NCBI GenBank assembly: GCA_046259725.1
Contig: JBJYWZ010000663.1
Span: 16,098-80,097, forward strand
Length of the DNA stretch: 64,000 nucleotides
Reading direction: 5' to 3'
DNA from: Candidatus Promineifilaceae bacterium
GTDB lineage: Bacteria; Chloroflexota; Anaerolineae; Promineifilales; Promineifilaceae
In this document: in pieces, positions 28,530-38,539 of the stretch
Numbering within the stretch: position 1 is the first letter of the stretch
How the letters are laid out: every line of letters begins with the position of its first letter
Translations under genes and position numbers: made by a program
Notes under the pieces: model-generated
Databases searched by the model: none
Told to the model about the DNA's origin: nothing
The model's input: the letters and a program-made list of their open reading frames with translations, nothing else

Positions 28530-28937
28530 ATGTTTACCAGAGTGAGGGTCACAATCGCGCGCGAGTTCAGGCGTCTGAATCGCCTGACTTTGGGCATGAG
28601 TGTCTGTGCACTCGCGCTTAAGGGCCTGAGTGTTCCGAGGAACTCCATAATCGGGGCGGTGTTTCTTTTTGGCGGCGAGAATCTCGCACCTCTGAAAATC
28701 GCGGAGGCCGATAGGGACCGTGTCTTGGCCGGCAACGATGGTGTCGTCGGCACCGCTCTGCGGCGCGGAGAACCGGCCCTTACCGATAATCCATACCAGG
28801 ATCCTGAACTTCAGGAGCTTAAGACATTTTCCGGCTGTCTGACGGCCGTCTGCGTGCCCCTGCGCACCGGATACCAGTTGCTTGAAGAAGATGGATACCG
28901 GGAAACAATTGAGACGGAAGTGGTCCAATCTCAGTAA
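28530..28937 (+). CDS. Possible small GAF-domain protein
   Basis: 135-aa ORF. The C-terminal part resembles GAF (GVVGTALRRGEPALTDNPYQDPE ... CLTAVCVPLRTG). It competes with an antisense 172-aa ORF, and I prefer the plus-strand reading. Confidence 0.35.
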   Translation: MFTRVRVTIAREFRRLNRLTLGMSVCALALKGLSVPRNSIIGAVFLFGGENLAPLKIAEADRDRVLAGNDGVVGTALRRGEPALTDNPYQDPELQELKTFSGCLTAVCVPLRTGYQLLEEDGYRETIETEVVQSQ

Positions 28938-28961
28938 GCAGATAGCGACCTGCAATTTGTT

Positions 28962-30449
28962 TTGATGTCACGTCTCAGCATGTTTCGAAAAATACCGCAG
29001 CGATATCTGGTAATTCTAAGCTTCCTGGGCTATGTCATACTGGCGTTTTCGTTTCCTTTACCGCCCAACTATGACATGCAGCCAGTGGGCGATATTCGTA
29101 CTTTTGCGCCTGCCCCCATCCAGGGGCTGCTGTATGGGCTGATTATTCTCCTGCTGTTTGCGCTGTATTGGCTGCTTATCAAGCATTTTTTTTACGCATC
29201 ATCCGCATCTCTGGCCCGGATCTTGTTTATAGGCGGTCTGCTGGCGTTGCCCCTTCTGTTCATGTATCCCATCAACGCCAATGACGTATACCGCTATGTT
29301 ATTCGCGGGTTGATAAGCAGCCGCTATGGCTTGAGCCCATTTGAGTATGCACCTGCTGATTTTGGACGCGATCTCTATCCGCTGCTGGCAGGTGAATGGT
29401 ATGACGCCACGTCGCCCTATGGGCCTATATGGGAATCATTGTCGTTCGCTGTCACCAGCATTGGCCGTGAAAACTTCCTGGCCGACATTATCCTGTTCAA
29501 GATCGTGGGATTAGGCGCCCTGCTGGCTGCTGGCGTCGTGATATGGAAGATATTTTCACTCGTTCCCCGAGCCGAAATGGAAAGCGACGGCCGTCGCCTG
29601 GGTTTCACAGCGTTGTGGGTTCTCAATCCGGCGCTGCTGTTGACTTTTGTCGGCGATGCACACAATGATGCGCTGATGATCCTATTCCTTTTATCAGGCT
29701 GGTTTGTTATCAATAGAGGACTTCACGGACCGGGTTTGCTGTTAATGTTGGCGGCTGCCCTGGTTAAGCCAATCGCCCTGCTGGCGCTGCCAATCGCTTT
29801 CCTGTTCTCATGGAAAGCGAGCGAAGATGGTCGCAAACGATTGATTTGTTTGTTGTGGTTTTTCGTTGGCGGCGCGGCGCTTCTCTATCTGGCTTTTTTA
29901 CCGTTCGGCAGCCCGACAACCCTGATTGTTCGCTTATTGAACGAGGCAAGCGCCGGGGCTTCATTTTCGCCAGTAACATTACTGATACTTACCGCCCGGC
30001 AACTGGGCCTTAATGTTTCCTTTTCTTTACTGGCGAGATTGGCGGCGGGAGTTTTTGCCATTTTTTTCCTCTGGGAACTGTGGCAGACATGGCGAGGACA
30101 GACTGCCGAAAAGGGAGTTGCGCTGGTCTTTTTGGGCTATGTCCTGCAAGCGCTCAATTTCCGCATCTGGTATGCCGTTTGGCCGTTTCCCTGGCTGCTG
30201 CTGGATGGATTTGACGGTGATTGGAGAGCGACGCGCCGGTTGAAGGCCGGCTTATGGTTCCTGGTGACTTCGCAGCTTTCAGTGGTTTTATATGGCCATA
30301 TGCGCGTCGCCCTATTAGGCGGCAGTCAGTTCGCGGCACATCTCGTTGGCGTCCCTTTTGTGTTCTTATTGCCAATTATCTTAGCCTGGATTTCGGCGCC
30401 TGATCCGAAGGCGGGATCGACCAACAAGGCCCAGATACAGGCGGATTAA
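28962..30449 (+). CDS. Polytopic membrane protein, GT-C-fold glycosyltransferase-like (DUF2029/GT87-like)
   Basis: 495 aa, more than 10 helices. The first loop NANDVYRYVIRGL...SPFEYAP...SPYGPIW resembles the Asp-containing loop of polyprenyl-P-sugar-dependent mannosyltransferases. Confidence 0.5.
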   Translation: MMSRLSMFRKIPQRYLVILSFLGYVILAFSFPLPPNYDMQPVGDIRTFAPAPIQGLLYGLIILLLFALYWLLIKHFFYASSASLARILFIGGLLALPLLFMYPINANDVYRYVIRGLISSRYGLSPFEYAPADFGRDLYPLLAGEWYDATSPYGPIWESLSFAVTSIGRENFLADIILFKIVGLGALLAAGVVIWKIFSLVPRAEMESDGRRLGFTALWVLNPALLLTFVGDAHNDALMILFLLSGWFVINRGLHGPGLLLMLAAALVKPIALLALPIAFLFSWKASEDGRKRLICLLWFFVGGAALLYLAFLPFGSPTTLIVRLLNEASAGASFSPVTLLILTARQLGLNVSFSLLARLAAGVFAIFFLWELWQTWRGQTAEKGVALVFLGYVLQALNFRIWYAVWPFPWLLLDGFDGDWRATRRLKAGLWFLVTSQLSVVLYGHMRVALLGGSQFAAHLVGVPFVFLLPIILAWISAPDPKAGSTNKAQIQAD

Positions 30450-30536
30450 AAGAGGTCTCTGTCTGATCAGTCATGTGCGAGACCTAAGAACCTCAAGGTT
30501 TACGTTTACTTGAAAGCGTGTTACTATATTTCCTCG

Positions 30537-32264
30537 ATGGTTCGCCCGGAAAGTATTCGTAATAACAAGTGGCAGGTTGCCCCGGTTATTCCACCTGTCG
30601 TAAGAAAAAAGCTCGATCAGTACCACCCCATTTTAAGCCAGATTCTCTACAATCGCGGCTTGACTGAGCCGGCGGAGGTTCAGGCCTTTCTGGAAGGCCG
30701 TTATCTTAAAGAGATTGATCCCTTCCTGCTGGCCGGTATGGAACAGGCGGTGGGGCGCATCTGCCGGGCTATCGATGAGGAAGAGCTGATTGTCGTTTAT
30801 GGGGATTTTGATGCTGATGGCGTAACGGCTACGGTTTTGTTGACGGAAGCGCTGCGTGGCCTTGGCGTCGATCGGCGCCTCATTCGTCCCTATATCCCTG
30901 ATCGCGTCGATGAAGGTTATGGCTTGAATACCGGCGCAATCGAGAAAATCAGGGAATATGGCGCCGGGTTAATCATCACCGTAGACTGCGGCATTCGTTC
31001 TGTTGCTGAAGTCGACTTTGTCAATAAGCTGGGCATGGAAATTATTATCACTGACCATCACAGCATGGGAACCAAACTGCCCCAGGCCGCAGCCGTTATC
31101 AATCCCAAACGTGATGATTCGGCCTATCCCGACCGCATGCTCGCCGGTGTGGGGATTGCGTACAAGCTGGCACAGGCTCTGTACGCAGCACTACCCGACC
31201 GGGCTTCTCTAGACCTGGATTCTTTGCTGGATCTCGTGGCCGTGGGCACCGTTGCTGATCTAGCGCCGCTGCATAACGAAAATCGCTTACTAGTTATCGA
31301 CGGGTTGAAAGTGTTGAACCAACTTCAGCGTCCGGGGATAAGTGCGCTCGCTTCAGTATCGGGTCTCAAGCGTGGCGCGATTACGGCCGAATCCATAGGT
31401 TTTATGCTTGGCCCGCGAATCAATGCGGCCGGCCGCTTGCAGCACGCCTACAGCGCTGCTCGCCTTCTGACTGCAAATAATGATATGACTGCTCGCCAGC
31501 TCGCCAATGAACTGAATTCCCTGAATCGACAGCGTCAGCAGTTGACGGCCGAATTAGGAGAAATCGCGGAGGAGATGGTCGATCCAAAGGATGAGATCAT
31601 CATTGCCTATGATGAACGATTCCAATCGGGTCTTGTCGGCCTGGTGGCCAGCCGTCTCGCTGAAAAGAACTATCGCCCGGCTATCATTATTGAAAAGGGA
31701 GAGGCAGTGAGCCGCGGTTCTTGCCGTTCAATTCCCGAGTTCCATATTACGGACGCGCTGGACCAGACGGCTGATCTCCTGGTTCGGCATGGTGGGCACG
31801 CACAGGCGGCTGGTTTCACGGTGCGAAACGAAAATTTGGAAGCATTTACCACAAGGATGCGCCAACTGGCCGATGAGACGTTAAGTGGCCAAAAGCTAGA
31901 GCCCACGATTGAAATTGATGCTGAAATAGATCTTGCCGAGATTGATTGGGCGCTGTATGAGAACCTGGCCATGCTGGAACCGACGGGACAGGGCAATCCG
32001 GCGCCTGTTTTCTTGAGCCGTAATGTGGCGGTGTTGTACCAGCGAGCCGTTGGGCAAAGCAGCTCACACTTACAACTTCGCCTTGCCCCTGTGACCGGCA
32101 GCGGATTGGGACGGCCGATTCAGGCAATTGCCTTTCGTCAAGGGGCATGGGCTGATATGCTGCCGGATACGGTTGACGTCGTTTACACGCTTGGTGTCAA
32201 TGAGTGGAATGGCCAGCGAGACTTACAGCTTGTGGTGAAGGACCTTCAGCCGGCGTCTGACTAA
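30537..32264 (+). CDS. recJ: Single-stranded-DNA-specific exonuclease RecJ
   Basis: DHH motifs DFDADGV, ITVDCG and ITDHH, plus DHHA1 GGHAQAAG. ATG at 30537 preferred over the TTG at 30510. Confidence 0.9.
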   Translation: MVRPESIRNNKWQVAPVIPPVVRKKLDQYHPILSQILYNRGLTEPAEVQAFLEGRYLKEIDPFLLAGMEQAVGRICRAIDEEELIVVYGDFDADGVTATVLLTEALRGLGVDRRLIRPYIPDRVDEGYGLNTGAIEKIREYGAGLIITVDCGIRSVAEVDFVNKLGMEIIITDHHSMGTKLPQAAAVINPKRDDSAYPDRMLAGVGIAYKLAQALYAALPDRASLDLDSLLDLVAVGTVADLAPLHNENRLLVIDGLKVLNQLQRPGISALASVSGLKRGAITAESIGFMLGPRINAAGRLQHAYSAARLLTANNDMTARQLANELNSLNRQRQQLTAELGEIAEEMVDPKDEIIIAYDERFQSGLVGLVASRLAEKNYRPAIIIEKGEAVSRGSCRSIPEFHITDALDQTADLLVRHGGHAQAAGFTVRNENLEAFTTRMRQLADETLSGQKLEPTIEIDAEIDLAEIDWALYENLAMLEPTGQGNPAPVFLSRNVAVLYQRAVGQSSSHLQLRLAPVTGSGLGRPIQAIAFRQGAWADMLPDTVDVVYTLGVNEWNGQRDLQLVVKDLQPASD

Positions 32265-32267
32265 ATC

Positions 32268-33404
32268 ATGGATAACCCAGATTACCAGCTCATTACCAAT
32301 CCGGAACAATGGACAAAGTGCCTTGATCTGCTGCGTGCAGAGCCCAAACTTGCGGTTGATCTGGAGGCGAACAGCATGTTTGCCTATAGGGAACGAGTAT
32401 GTCTCATCCAGGTATCTACTCCGCAGCAGGACTTCATCGTTGACCCGCTTGCACCACTGAATCTGGATGAACTTGGCGAGATCTTCGCCGACCCCTCGAT
32501 TGAGAAGATCTTTCACGCTGCCGAGTATGATCTTATCCTCATGAAGCGCCAGTATGATTGGGAAGTCAATAATTTGTTTGACACCATGTGGGCCGCGCGC
32601 ATATTGGGTTATAAACGGTATGGTCTGGCCAGCCTGCTGAAAGATATATTTGATGTACGGCTTAACAAACGCTATCAGAAATCTAACTGGTGCAGGCGAC
32701 CGCTGAGCAGTGAGCAGCTCGCGTATGCCTGCTACGATACACACTTTCTTTTTGATCTACGCAACCGGCTGGCGGCTGAGCTGGCGGCTGAGCGCCATCT
32801 CGAGGAAGCAGACGAGATTTTCAACGAACATAGCAGGGTGAAAATTAATGATAACGGCTTCGATCCCGACAGTTTCTGGTCCATTAATGGTGCTCATGAA
32901 CTCAGCCGCCAGGAACAGGCCGTTCTCAAGGCAATCAACATCTTTCGCGACCAGGAGGCCAGAGAGCGCAACCAGCCTCTGTTCAAAATCTTTTCCGATC
33001 GCACACTTTTTGAAATTGCCCAAAGCTGTCCGGTAACAACCGACCAGCTCGCATCCGTGCACGGCATGAGCAGAGGACAGATACGCCGCTACGGCCATAA
33101 AATCCTGGAAGTCGTCAAAAGAGCAAGGCATGATACGCCTCCAAAGGCTCCAAAACGGCCGAAGCGTGCACCCGACGTAGTCTTGCTGCGTTATGAACGG
33201 CTGCATACCTGGCGCAAGCAGCGGGCGAGGGAGCGCGGCGTCGAGTCAGATGTAATCATTAGCCGCGACGCGTTGTGGGACATGGCACATGCAAATCCCA
33301 GAAGCTGCGAGGAACTCGTTCAGTTGGATACGGTAGGCGAGTGGCGAAGCAAAACTTATGGTCCGGAAATCTTACAGGTTCTGGAGGAGTGCAGCCCAAG
33401 CTAG
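32268..33404 (+). CDS. rnd: Ribonuclease D (DEDDy 3'-5' exonuclease + HRDC)
   Basis: 378 aa. Exo motifs VDLEANS, FHAAEYDL and YACYDTHFL, with an HRDC-like C-terminus. Starts 3 nt after the recJ stop. Confidence 0.85.
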   Translation: MDNPDYQLITNPEQWTKCLDLLRAEPKLAVDLEANSMFAYRERVCLIQVSTPQQDFIVDPLAPLNLDELGEIFADPSIEKIFHAAEYDLILMKRQYDWEVNNLFDTMWAARILGYKRYGLASLLKDIFDVRLNKRYQKSNWCRRPLSSEQLAYACYDTHFLFDLRNRLAAELAAERHLEEADEIFNEHSRVKINDNGFDPDSFWSINGAHELSRQEQAVLKAINIFRDQEARERNQPLFKIFSDRTLFEIAQSCPVTTDQLASVHGMSRGQIRRYGHKILEVVKRARHDTPPKAPKRPKRAPDVVLLRYERLHTWRKQRARERGVESDVIISRDALWDMAHANPRSCEELVQLDTVGEWRSKTYGPEILQVLEECSPS

Positions 33405-33416
33405 AGGAATAGAATC

Positions 33417-34826
33417 ATGGATATTACATTTCACGGCGCTGTGCGCACAGTTACGGGATCACAACACCTGCTGACTGTCAATGGATATAAGATTTTGTTG
33501 GACTGCGGTTTGTTCCAGGGTTCGCGAAAGGCTACTTACGAGCGCAATCGTAACCTGCCGTTTGATGCGAGCCAGGTCGATGTGCTGATTCTTTCCCATG
33601 CCCATATCGATCACAGCGGAAATATTCCTAATCTGGTAAAAAGTGGTTTTACGGGTGATATCATCTGTACCTATGCCACGCGCGATCTCTGCACGATCAT
33701 GCTGCGTGACAGCGCCAAGATCCAGCAGTACGATATCGAATACCTGAATAAAAAGCGGAAACGCCAGCACGAACCACTTCTGGAACCTATCTACGAGCCA
33801 CGCGATGTCGTCGACAGTCTAAAGCAGTTTGTTGGCGTTGGTTATGATCGTCCGTTCCAGGTCGTCCCAGGTGTTCATCTGACTTTCGTCGACGCCGGGC
33901 ATATCCTGGGTTCGGCGATCGTGATTCTGGACATTGAAGATCATGAGCAAAAGCGATCGCTGCGCCTCGTTTTCAGCGGCGATCTGGGTCGTCCTGATCG
34001 CCCAATTTTGAATGATCCAGTCTTTGTTGAGTCGGCCGATGTGTTGCTCATTGAAAGCACCTACGGCAATCGCAAGCACGAAACGCAAAGCGAGGCCTAC
34101 GAAGAACTGGAGAACATAATCAACAAGACATACAAACGGGGCGGGAAAGTAATTGTGCCCGCGTTTGCGGTTGGCAGGACGCAAGAATTGGTCTATTCAT
34201 TGCACCAGTCTGTCGAACGGCGTGATATTCCGCCGGATCTTCCCATCTATGTCGACAGCCCCCTGGCCATTGATGCAACAGCGATTTACCGGCTGCATCC
34301 GGAAGCATATGACGAGGAAGTAGCCGAGTTTATGGAAAATGTTCCACAAGGCGATCCTTTTGGCTTTGACATGATGCGCTATACCCGGTCGACAAACGAA
34401 TCCAAGGAACTTAACTATTTGCGTGACCCGGCTGTGATAATCAGCGCCAGCGGTATGGCGGAAGCGGGCAGGATACTGCACCACTTGAAGAACAATATCG
34501 AAGATCCGCGCAATACGATCTTGATCGTTGGCTGGCAGGCGCCTGACACGTTAGGAAGGCGTCTTGTCGAAAAGCAGCCAAAGGTCAAAATTTTTGGTGA
34601 AACTTACGAGCTCAATGCGCAGGTGGAGGTCATTAACGGCTTCAGCGCACATGCCGACCGGCCCGAACTGTTAGCATGGGCGGGCCATCTGGATCCGAGA
34701 CCGGCCCATACTTTCATTGTACATGGCGAAGAAGACGCCTCCTTCGCTCTGGCAGATGGCCTAAGGCACCAACTTGGTTTCAGTGATGTGGTTGTGCCCG
34801 AGCTTCACCAGCGATTCACGATTTAG
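33417..34826 (+). CDS. MBL-fold beta-CASP nuclease (RNA-metabolising metallo-beta-lactamase family)
   Basis: 469 aa. HAHIDHSG motif, beta-CASP region and C-terminal GFSAHAD. GAGGAA RBS, 12 nt after the rnd stop. Confidence 0.85.
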   Translation: MDITFHGAVRTVTGSQHLLTVNGYKILLDCGLFQGSRKATYERNRNLPFDASQVDVLILSHAHIDHSGNIPNLVKSGFTGDIICTYATRDLCTIMLRDSAKIQQYDIEYLNKKRKRQHEPLLEPIYEPRDVVDSLKQFVGVGYDRPFQVVPGVHLTFVDAGHILGSAIVILDIEDHEQKRSLRLVFSGDLGRPDRPILNDPVFVESADVLLIESTYGNRKHETQSEAYEELENIINKTYKRGGKVIVPAFAVGRTQELVYSLHQSVERRDIPPDLPIYVDSPLAIDATAIYRLHPEAYDEEVAEFMENVPQGDPFGFDMMRYTRSTNESKELNYLRDPAVIISASGMAEAGRILHHLKNNIEDPRNTILIVGWQAPDTLGRRLVEKQPKVKIFGETYELNAQVEVINGFSAHADRPELLAWAGHLDPRPAHTFIVHGEEDASFALADGLRHQLGFSDVVVPELHQRFTI

Positions 34827-34846
34827 ATCATGCCTCTGATTACGCT

Positions 34847-36028
34847 CTAGATTACGCCCAACTCTTTGCCCACTTTGCCAAACGTATCAAGCGCTAACTC
34901 GATATCTTGCATGCTGTGTGCGGCCGAATTCATGACCCGAATACGTGCCTTGCCGCGCGGGACCGTGGGGAAGCCGATGGCCATGGCGAACACGCCTTCC
35001 TCAAACAATCGCTGGCTGAACTGCTGAGCCATTGGCGCCTCACCCAGCATAACCGGAACGATTGGCGTCTGGCTGTGTCCCGTGTCAAAGCCCATTTTCT
35101 GCATCCCCTCGCGAAAGACCTTGGCATTGGACCATAGGCGGTCGATTAACTCAGTAGACTCTTCCAATATCGACACCGCTTCTAAACAGGCGGCCGTATC
35201 GGGAACAGTCATGGCGCTGGAAAAGAGGAAGGGACGTCCTCGCTGGCGCAGCCATTCAACGATCTCCGAGCGCCCGGCAACCATGCCGCCCACGACGCCG
35301 AAGGCTTTGCTGAGCGTGCCGACTTCGATGTCCACACGGCCGTGCAGACCGAAGTGATCGACGATGCCGCGCCCGCCGCGGCCCAGAACGCCTTCTCCGT
35401 GTGCGTCATCGACCATCAACATGATATCGTGGCTTTCGGCGATCTCCGTCAGTTTGTCCAACGGGGCAATATCGCCATCCATACTAAAGACGCCGTCGCT
35501 GATAATCAGGCGCCGCCTGTATTCGGTCGTGCTGGCGATTTGTTTCTCCAGGTCGGCCGGATCAGTGTGAGCGTAGCGCACGATTTGCGCCCGGCTCAGC
35601 CGGGATCCGTCGATAATGCTGGCGTGATTCAGCTCGTCGGAGAAGATAACATCTCCGCGACCGACGAGGGCTGGAATCGTGGCCAGGTTAGCAGTAAAAC
35701 CACTCTGGAAAGTGATGCAGGCTTCAGCCTGTTTAAACTCGGCCAGCTTTTCTTCCAGGGCAATGTGCGGCGACATTGTCCCCGCGATCGTCCGCACAGC
35801 GCCAGGGCCGACACCATACTGGTCGATCGCCACTTGTGCAGCCTCACGAACCCGGGGATGGTTCGCCATTCCGAGATAATTGTTGGCGCAAAAATTGAGC
35901 AGGCGACGATCATCAATTGTAACCCAGGCATCCATCGGTGAGTCGATGGTGCGAATCCGGTTATATAGGCCGGCCTCCTTCAGCGCGTTAAGCTCATCAC
36001 TTATCCAGTCCAACTTCTTGCTTTGCAT
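34847..36028 (-). CDS. kbl: Glycine C-acetyltransferase (2-amino-3-ketobutyrate CoA ligase)
   Basis: Colinear with Kbl as I remember it: [63 protein letters not shown] at 36028 follows a GGAGA RBS. Confidence 0.9.
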   Translation of the reverse strand: MQSKKLDWISDELNALKEAGLYNRIRTIDSPMDAWVTIDDRRLLNFCANNYLGMANHPRVREAAQVAIDQYGVGPGAVRTIAGTMSPHIALEEKLAEFKQAEACITFQSGFTANLATIPALVGRGDVIFSDELNHASIIDGSRLSRAQIVRYAHTDPADLEKQIASTTEYRRRLIISDGVFSMDGDIAPLDKLTEIAESHDIMLMVDDAHGEGVLGRGGRGIVDHFGLHGRVDIEVGTLSKAFGVVGGMVAGRSEIVEWLRQRGRPFLFSSAMTVPDTAACLEAVSILEESTELIDRLWSNAKVFREGMQKMGFDTGHSQTPIVPVMLGEAPMAQQFSQRLFEEGVFAMAIGFPTVPRGKARIRVMNSAAHSMQDIELALDTFGKVGKELGVI

Positions 36029-36075
36029 GCGTATCTCCATGTTGAGTCGAAACAATAACAATCAGGCCAGGCGAA

Positions 36076-36825
36076 CTACATTGCTGTTGGAAAATCAAAA
36101 AAATGTGTTGTGAGGTGAAAACGGTTGGCCAGGTGTTCGCCCAGCGCCTGTACTCCAACCGTCTCAGTCGCGTAATGGCCGGCAAAGATGACATTCAGGT
36201 CGTAATCTGAGGCAGCGTAAAAATTGGCGTGAGATGTTTCACCGGTTATTAAGGTATCGGCTCCCAAATGCCCTGCTTCCGCAGCTCGATCCGCGCCAAA
36301 CCCGGAAACGACTGCCAGCTTCCTGATAACATTGGGACCATGATTTAGTACGCGACATGTTGTCTGCAACTCGTCTTCGAGAAAGGTCGTGATAGATTCC
36401 AACGATCGATTACTTTCCCCGACAACGCCGATCTTGGTGCCCAGCACGTCACACCACCATTCGATATTTTGCAGTTCCAGCATACGCGCCAATACTGCGT
36501 TATTGCCCACTACTGGGTGCGCATCAAGAGCAAGATGGGCGGCGTAGAGGTGAATGTGATTTTCCATCAGGAGGCGCACTCGCCGGCCCAAAGGTCCGGC
36601 GATGGGCTCAACAGTGCGCCAGAGTATCCCGTGATGGACCAGCAGCATATCGGCCCCCCATGCAGCAGCGGCATAGATCGTGTCTGGCGCTGTGTCTACG
36701 GCCAGCGCAATGCGCTCGATCCTGTCATTCTGTGCTTCAACCTGCAAACCCTGCGGCCCGTAGTCGGCTATTGCCTTTATTTGCAGGAATTCATCCAGGT
36801 AAGAAAACAGTTCTTGCGCGTTCAT
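36076..36825 (-). CDS. Nif3-family dinuclear-metal-centre protein
   Basis: 249 aa. LLVHHGILW and GHYATE motifs characteristic of Nif3/YbgI. Confidence 0.85.
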   Translation of the reverse strand: MNAQELFSYLDEFLQIKAIADYGPQGLQVEAQNDRIERIALAVDTAPDTIYAAAAWGADMLLVHHGILWRTVEPIAGPLGRRVRLLMENHIHLYAAHLALDAHPVVGNNAVLARMLELQNIEWWCDVLGTKIGVVGESNRSLESITTFLEDELQTTCRVLNHGPNVIRKLAVVSGFGADRAAEAGHLGADTLITGETSHANFYAASDYDLNVIFAGHYATETVGVQALGEHLANRFHLTTHFFDFPTAM

Positions 36826-36853
36826 CAGATCGTTAACACATCCTTAACTGAAG

Positions 36854-37417
36854 GTGATTGACGCCGCTACGGCGCATCGGTATACTCCTGTCGTTATGGG
36901 CAAATTGCTTCTTTTACAGCAACCTGTGCTCATTTTGAACATAAACTTTGAGCCGCTGCATGTTTGCAATACCAAACGTGCACTGTCGCTTGTCTTATCG
37001 GGCAAGGCGGAAATTATCCTCAATGGCCGCGGCGTCATCCGCAGTGCGACGGCCGAATATGAGATCCCGTCCGTCATTCGACTCAGCCATATGATTAAGC
37101 GTCCGCGACCTCGCATGTCTCTGTCTAAACGAGAGATCCTGCGGCGGGATGAGTTCACCTGTCAATATTGTGGCCGCAAGATGCGCCATCTGACCATCGA
37201 CCACGTCATCCCTCGCCATCTTGGCGGGCCACACACCTGGCAAAACCTGGTTGCCGCCTGCTCCTCATGCAACCGGCGCAAAGGTGGGAAAAGCCCCGCG
37301 GAAGCCAATATGGAGCTGCGCCGCCAACCTTTTGAGCCGAAGGCAACGGCCGCTTATCGGTTTGGCCGGCACCTGATTCAGAATCAGGAGTGGCTGCAGT
37401 TCATCGAAGGTTGGTAG
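36854..37417 (+). CDS. HNH endonuclease family protein
   Basis: CQYCG ... IDHVIPRHLGG ... NLVAACSSCNRRKG HNH/zinc motif. Start is either the GTG at 36854 or the ATG at 36896. Confidence 0.8.
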   Translation: MIDAATAHRYTPVVMGKLLLLQQPVLILNINFEPLHVCNTKRALSLVLSGKAEIILNGRGVIRSATAEYEIPSVIRLSHMIKRPRPRMSLSKREILRRDEFTCQYCGRKMRHLTIDHVIPRHLGGPHTWQNLVAACSSCNRRKGGKSPAEANMELRRQPFEPKATAAYRFGRHLIQNQEWLQFIEGW

Positions 37418-37425
37418 AAATCCTC

Positions 37426-37905
37426 TTAATCTTCTAAAGTGCTGTTCGTTTCAGCGAGATCGATAATTCGATCAAGTCCCCGGTCAATAATACTTGCCAG
37501 TTCCGCAGCCATCCGCTGGTAATCGAGCAAAGAACCGCCAAATGGGTCTGCCACACTGTAGGCCGGTCCGGCCATGGCTGTGATAGGAAAAATCTTGTTA
37601 GCCTGGTCGGGGAATTCTACTTTGAGCGCTTCAACGTGGCCTTCTTCCATGCAAAGTACCAGGTCCGCTTCGCTTAATATCGACTCTTCAACCATGCGAG
37701 CCATATGGCCGCTGATGTCAAAGCCGTATTGAGCGGCAACGACCTGGCTGTTGTGTGATGCGCCACGTTCAATCATGGCCCAGGTCCCCGCCGAACTGAC
37801 AGTCCAATCGTCGTAGCCTCTATCGTAAAGTCGATCCTTCAGCAGCGCCTCGGCGACCGGCGAGCGGCAGATATTTGCCGTACAGACTATCAGGATGTTT
37901 GCCAT
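37426..37905 (-). CDS. Low-molecular-weight protein-tyrosine phosphatase
   Basis: 159 aa. P-loop VCTANICRSP at the N-terminus, with a DP motif near the C-terminus. Confidence 0.85.
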   Translation of the reverse strand: MANILIVCTANICRSPVAEALLKDRLYDRGYDDWTVSSAGTWAMIERGASHNSQVVAAQYGFDISGHMARMVEESILSEADLVLCMEEGHVEALKVEFPDQANKIFPITAMAGPAYSVADPFGGSLLDYQRMAAELASIIDRGLDRIIDLAETNSTLED

Positions 37906-37925
37906 TGTGCGGCTGAAATGATTGC

Positions 37926-38486
37926 TTATCCGAATTCCGGCTGAAGCAAACCGAAATTTCCATCGTGCCGTCGATAAAGGACATTGATGGCTTCTTCTTC
38001 AGCATTGAAGAAAACAAAGAAATCATGTCCAAGAAGTTCCATCTGGTCAATTGCTTCATCAGCAGACATTGGGTGCAGAACGAAACGTTTGGTGCGCACA
38101 ATAGATGAAAGCTCTTCCAGGTCTTCGTCTTCATCAAGAGGCAGTGGTTCACCCAGGATTAGATCTTCCTGCGTGCCACGATACTTATTTTTGCGTTTGC
38201 CACGATAGCGTTCGATCTGGCGGTACAGCTTGTCGACCACGCTGTCAATGGCGGCAAAGATATCGCTGTTCCGCTCCTCGGCTCTGAGGATGGTCCCGCG
38301 ATCGTCACGAATGGTAACCTGCGCAACCTGGCGCTCAACAGCGCTGCGGGTATGTTCGGAAGTCAGATCAACGCGGACGGAAGTCAGATTCGGCATATAA
38401 CGATCCAGTCGTCCGACTTTCTTCTCTACATAATTTTGCAATCTAGTTGTTACTTCCAAATTGTGCCCATGGATTGCTACTTCCAT
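37926..38486 (-). CDS. hpf: Ribosome hibernation promoting factor (long form)
   Basis: 186 aa. N-terminal S30AE fold and C-terminal dimerisation domain (RFVLHPMSADEAIDQMELLGHDFFVFFN). Confidence 0.9.
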   Translation of the reverse strand: MEVAIHGHNLEVTTRLQNYVEKKVGRLDRYMPNLTSVRVDLTSEHTRSAVERQVAQVTIRDDRGTILRAEERNSDIFAAIDSVVDKLYRQIERYRGKRKNKYRGTQEDLILGEPLPLDEDEDLEELSSIVRTKRFVLHPMSADEAIDQMELLGHDFFVFFNAEEEAINVLYRRHDGNFGLLQPEFG

Positions 38487-38539
38487 TCTACAGTCTCCTT
38501 CTGTTTAGCGATATTCGCGAACTGATATCTATTATCCCA

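Noticed and set aside
28437-28955. 172-aa minus-strand ORF competing with the GAF-like ORF
   Set aside because: It has no recognisable motif and its 3' end runs into the preceding methyltransferase gene. The plus-strand reading has GAF-like blocks. Neither is certain, so the plus call is given only low confidence.
32223-32744. 173-aa minus-strand ORF
   Set aside because: It is antisense to RNase D, whose DEDDy motifs are clear.
35342-35941. 199-aa plus-strand ORF
   Set aside because: It is antisense to kbl, which is colinear with E. coli Kbl over its full length.
34847-36028. kbl without an adjacent threonine dehydrogenase as an anomaly
   Set aside because: The kbl-tdh pairing is common but not universal, and a Zn-dependent ADH-family gene exists elsewhere in the window (25910-26908). 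This is not informative enough to report as a finding.
36854-37417. HNH endonuclease as a possible defence or mobile-element component
   Set aside because: No partner genes (methylase, ATPase, intron or intein context, terminase) are adjacent. It sits among housekeeping genes (Nif3, kbl, LMW-PTP, hpf). I treated it as an ordinary conserved stand-alone HNH protein.
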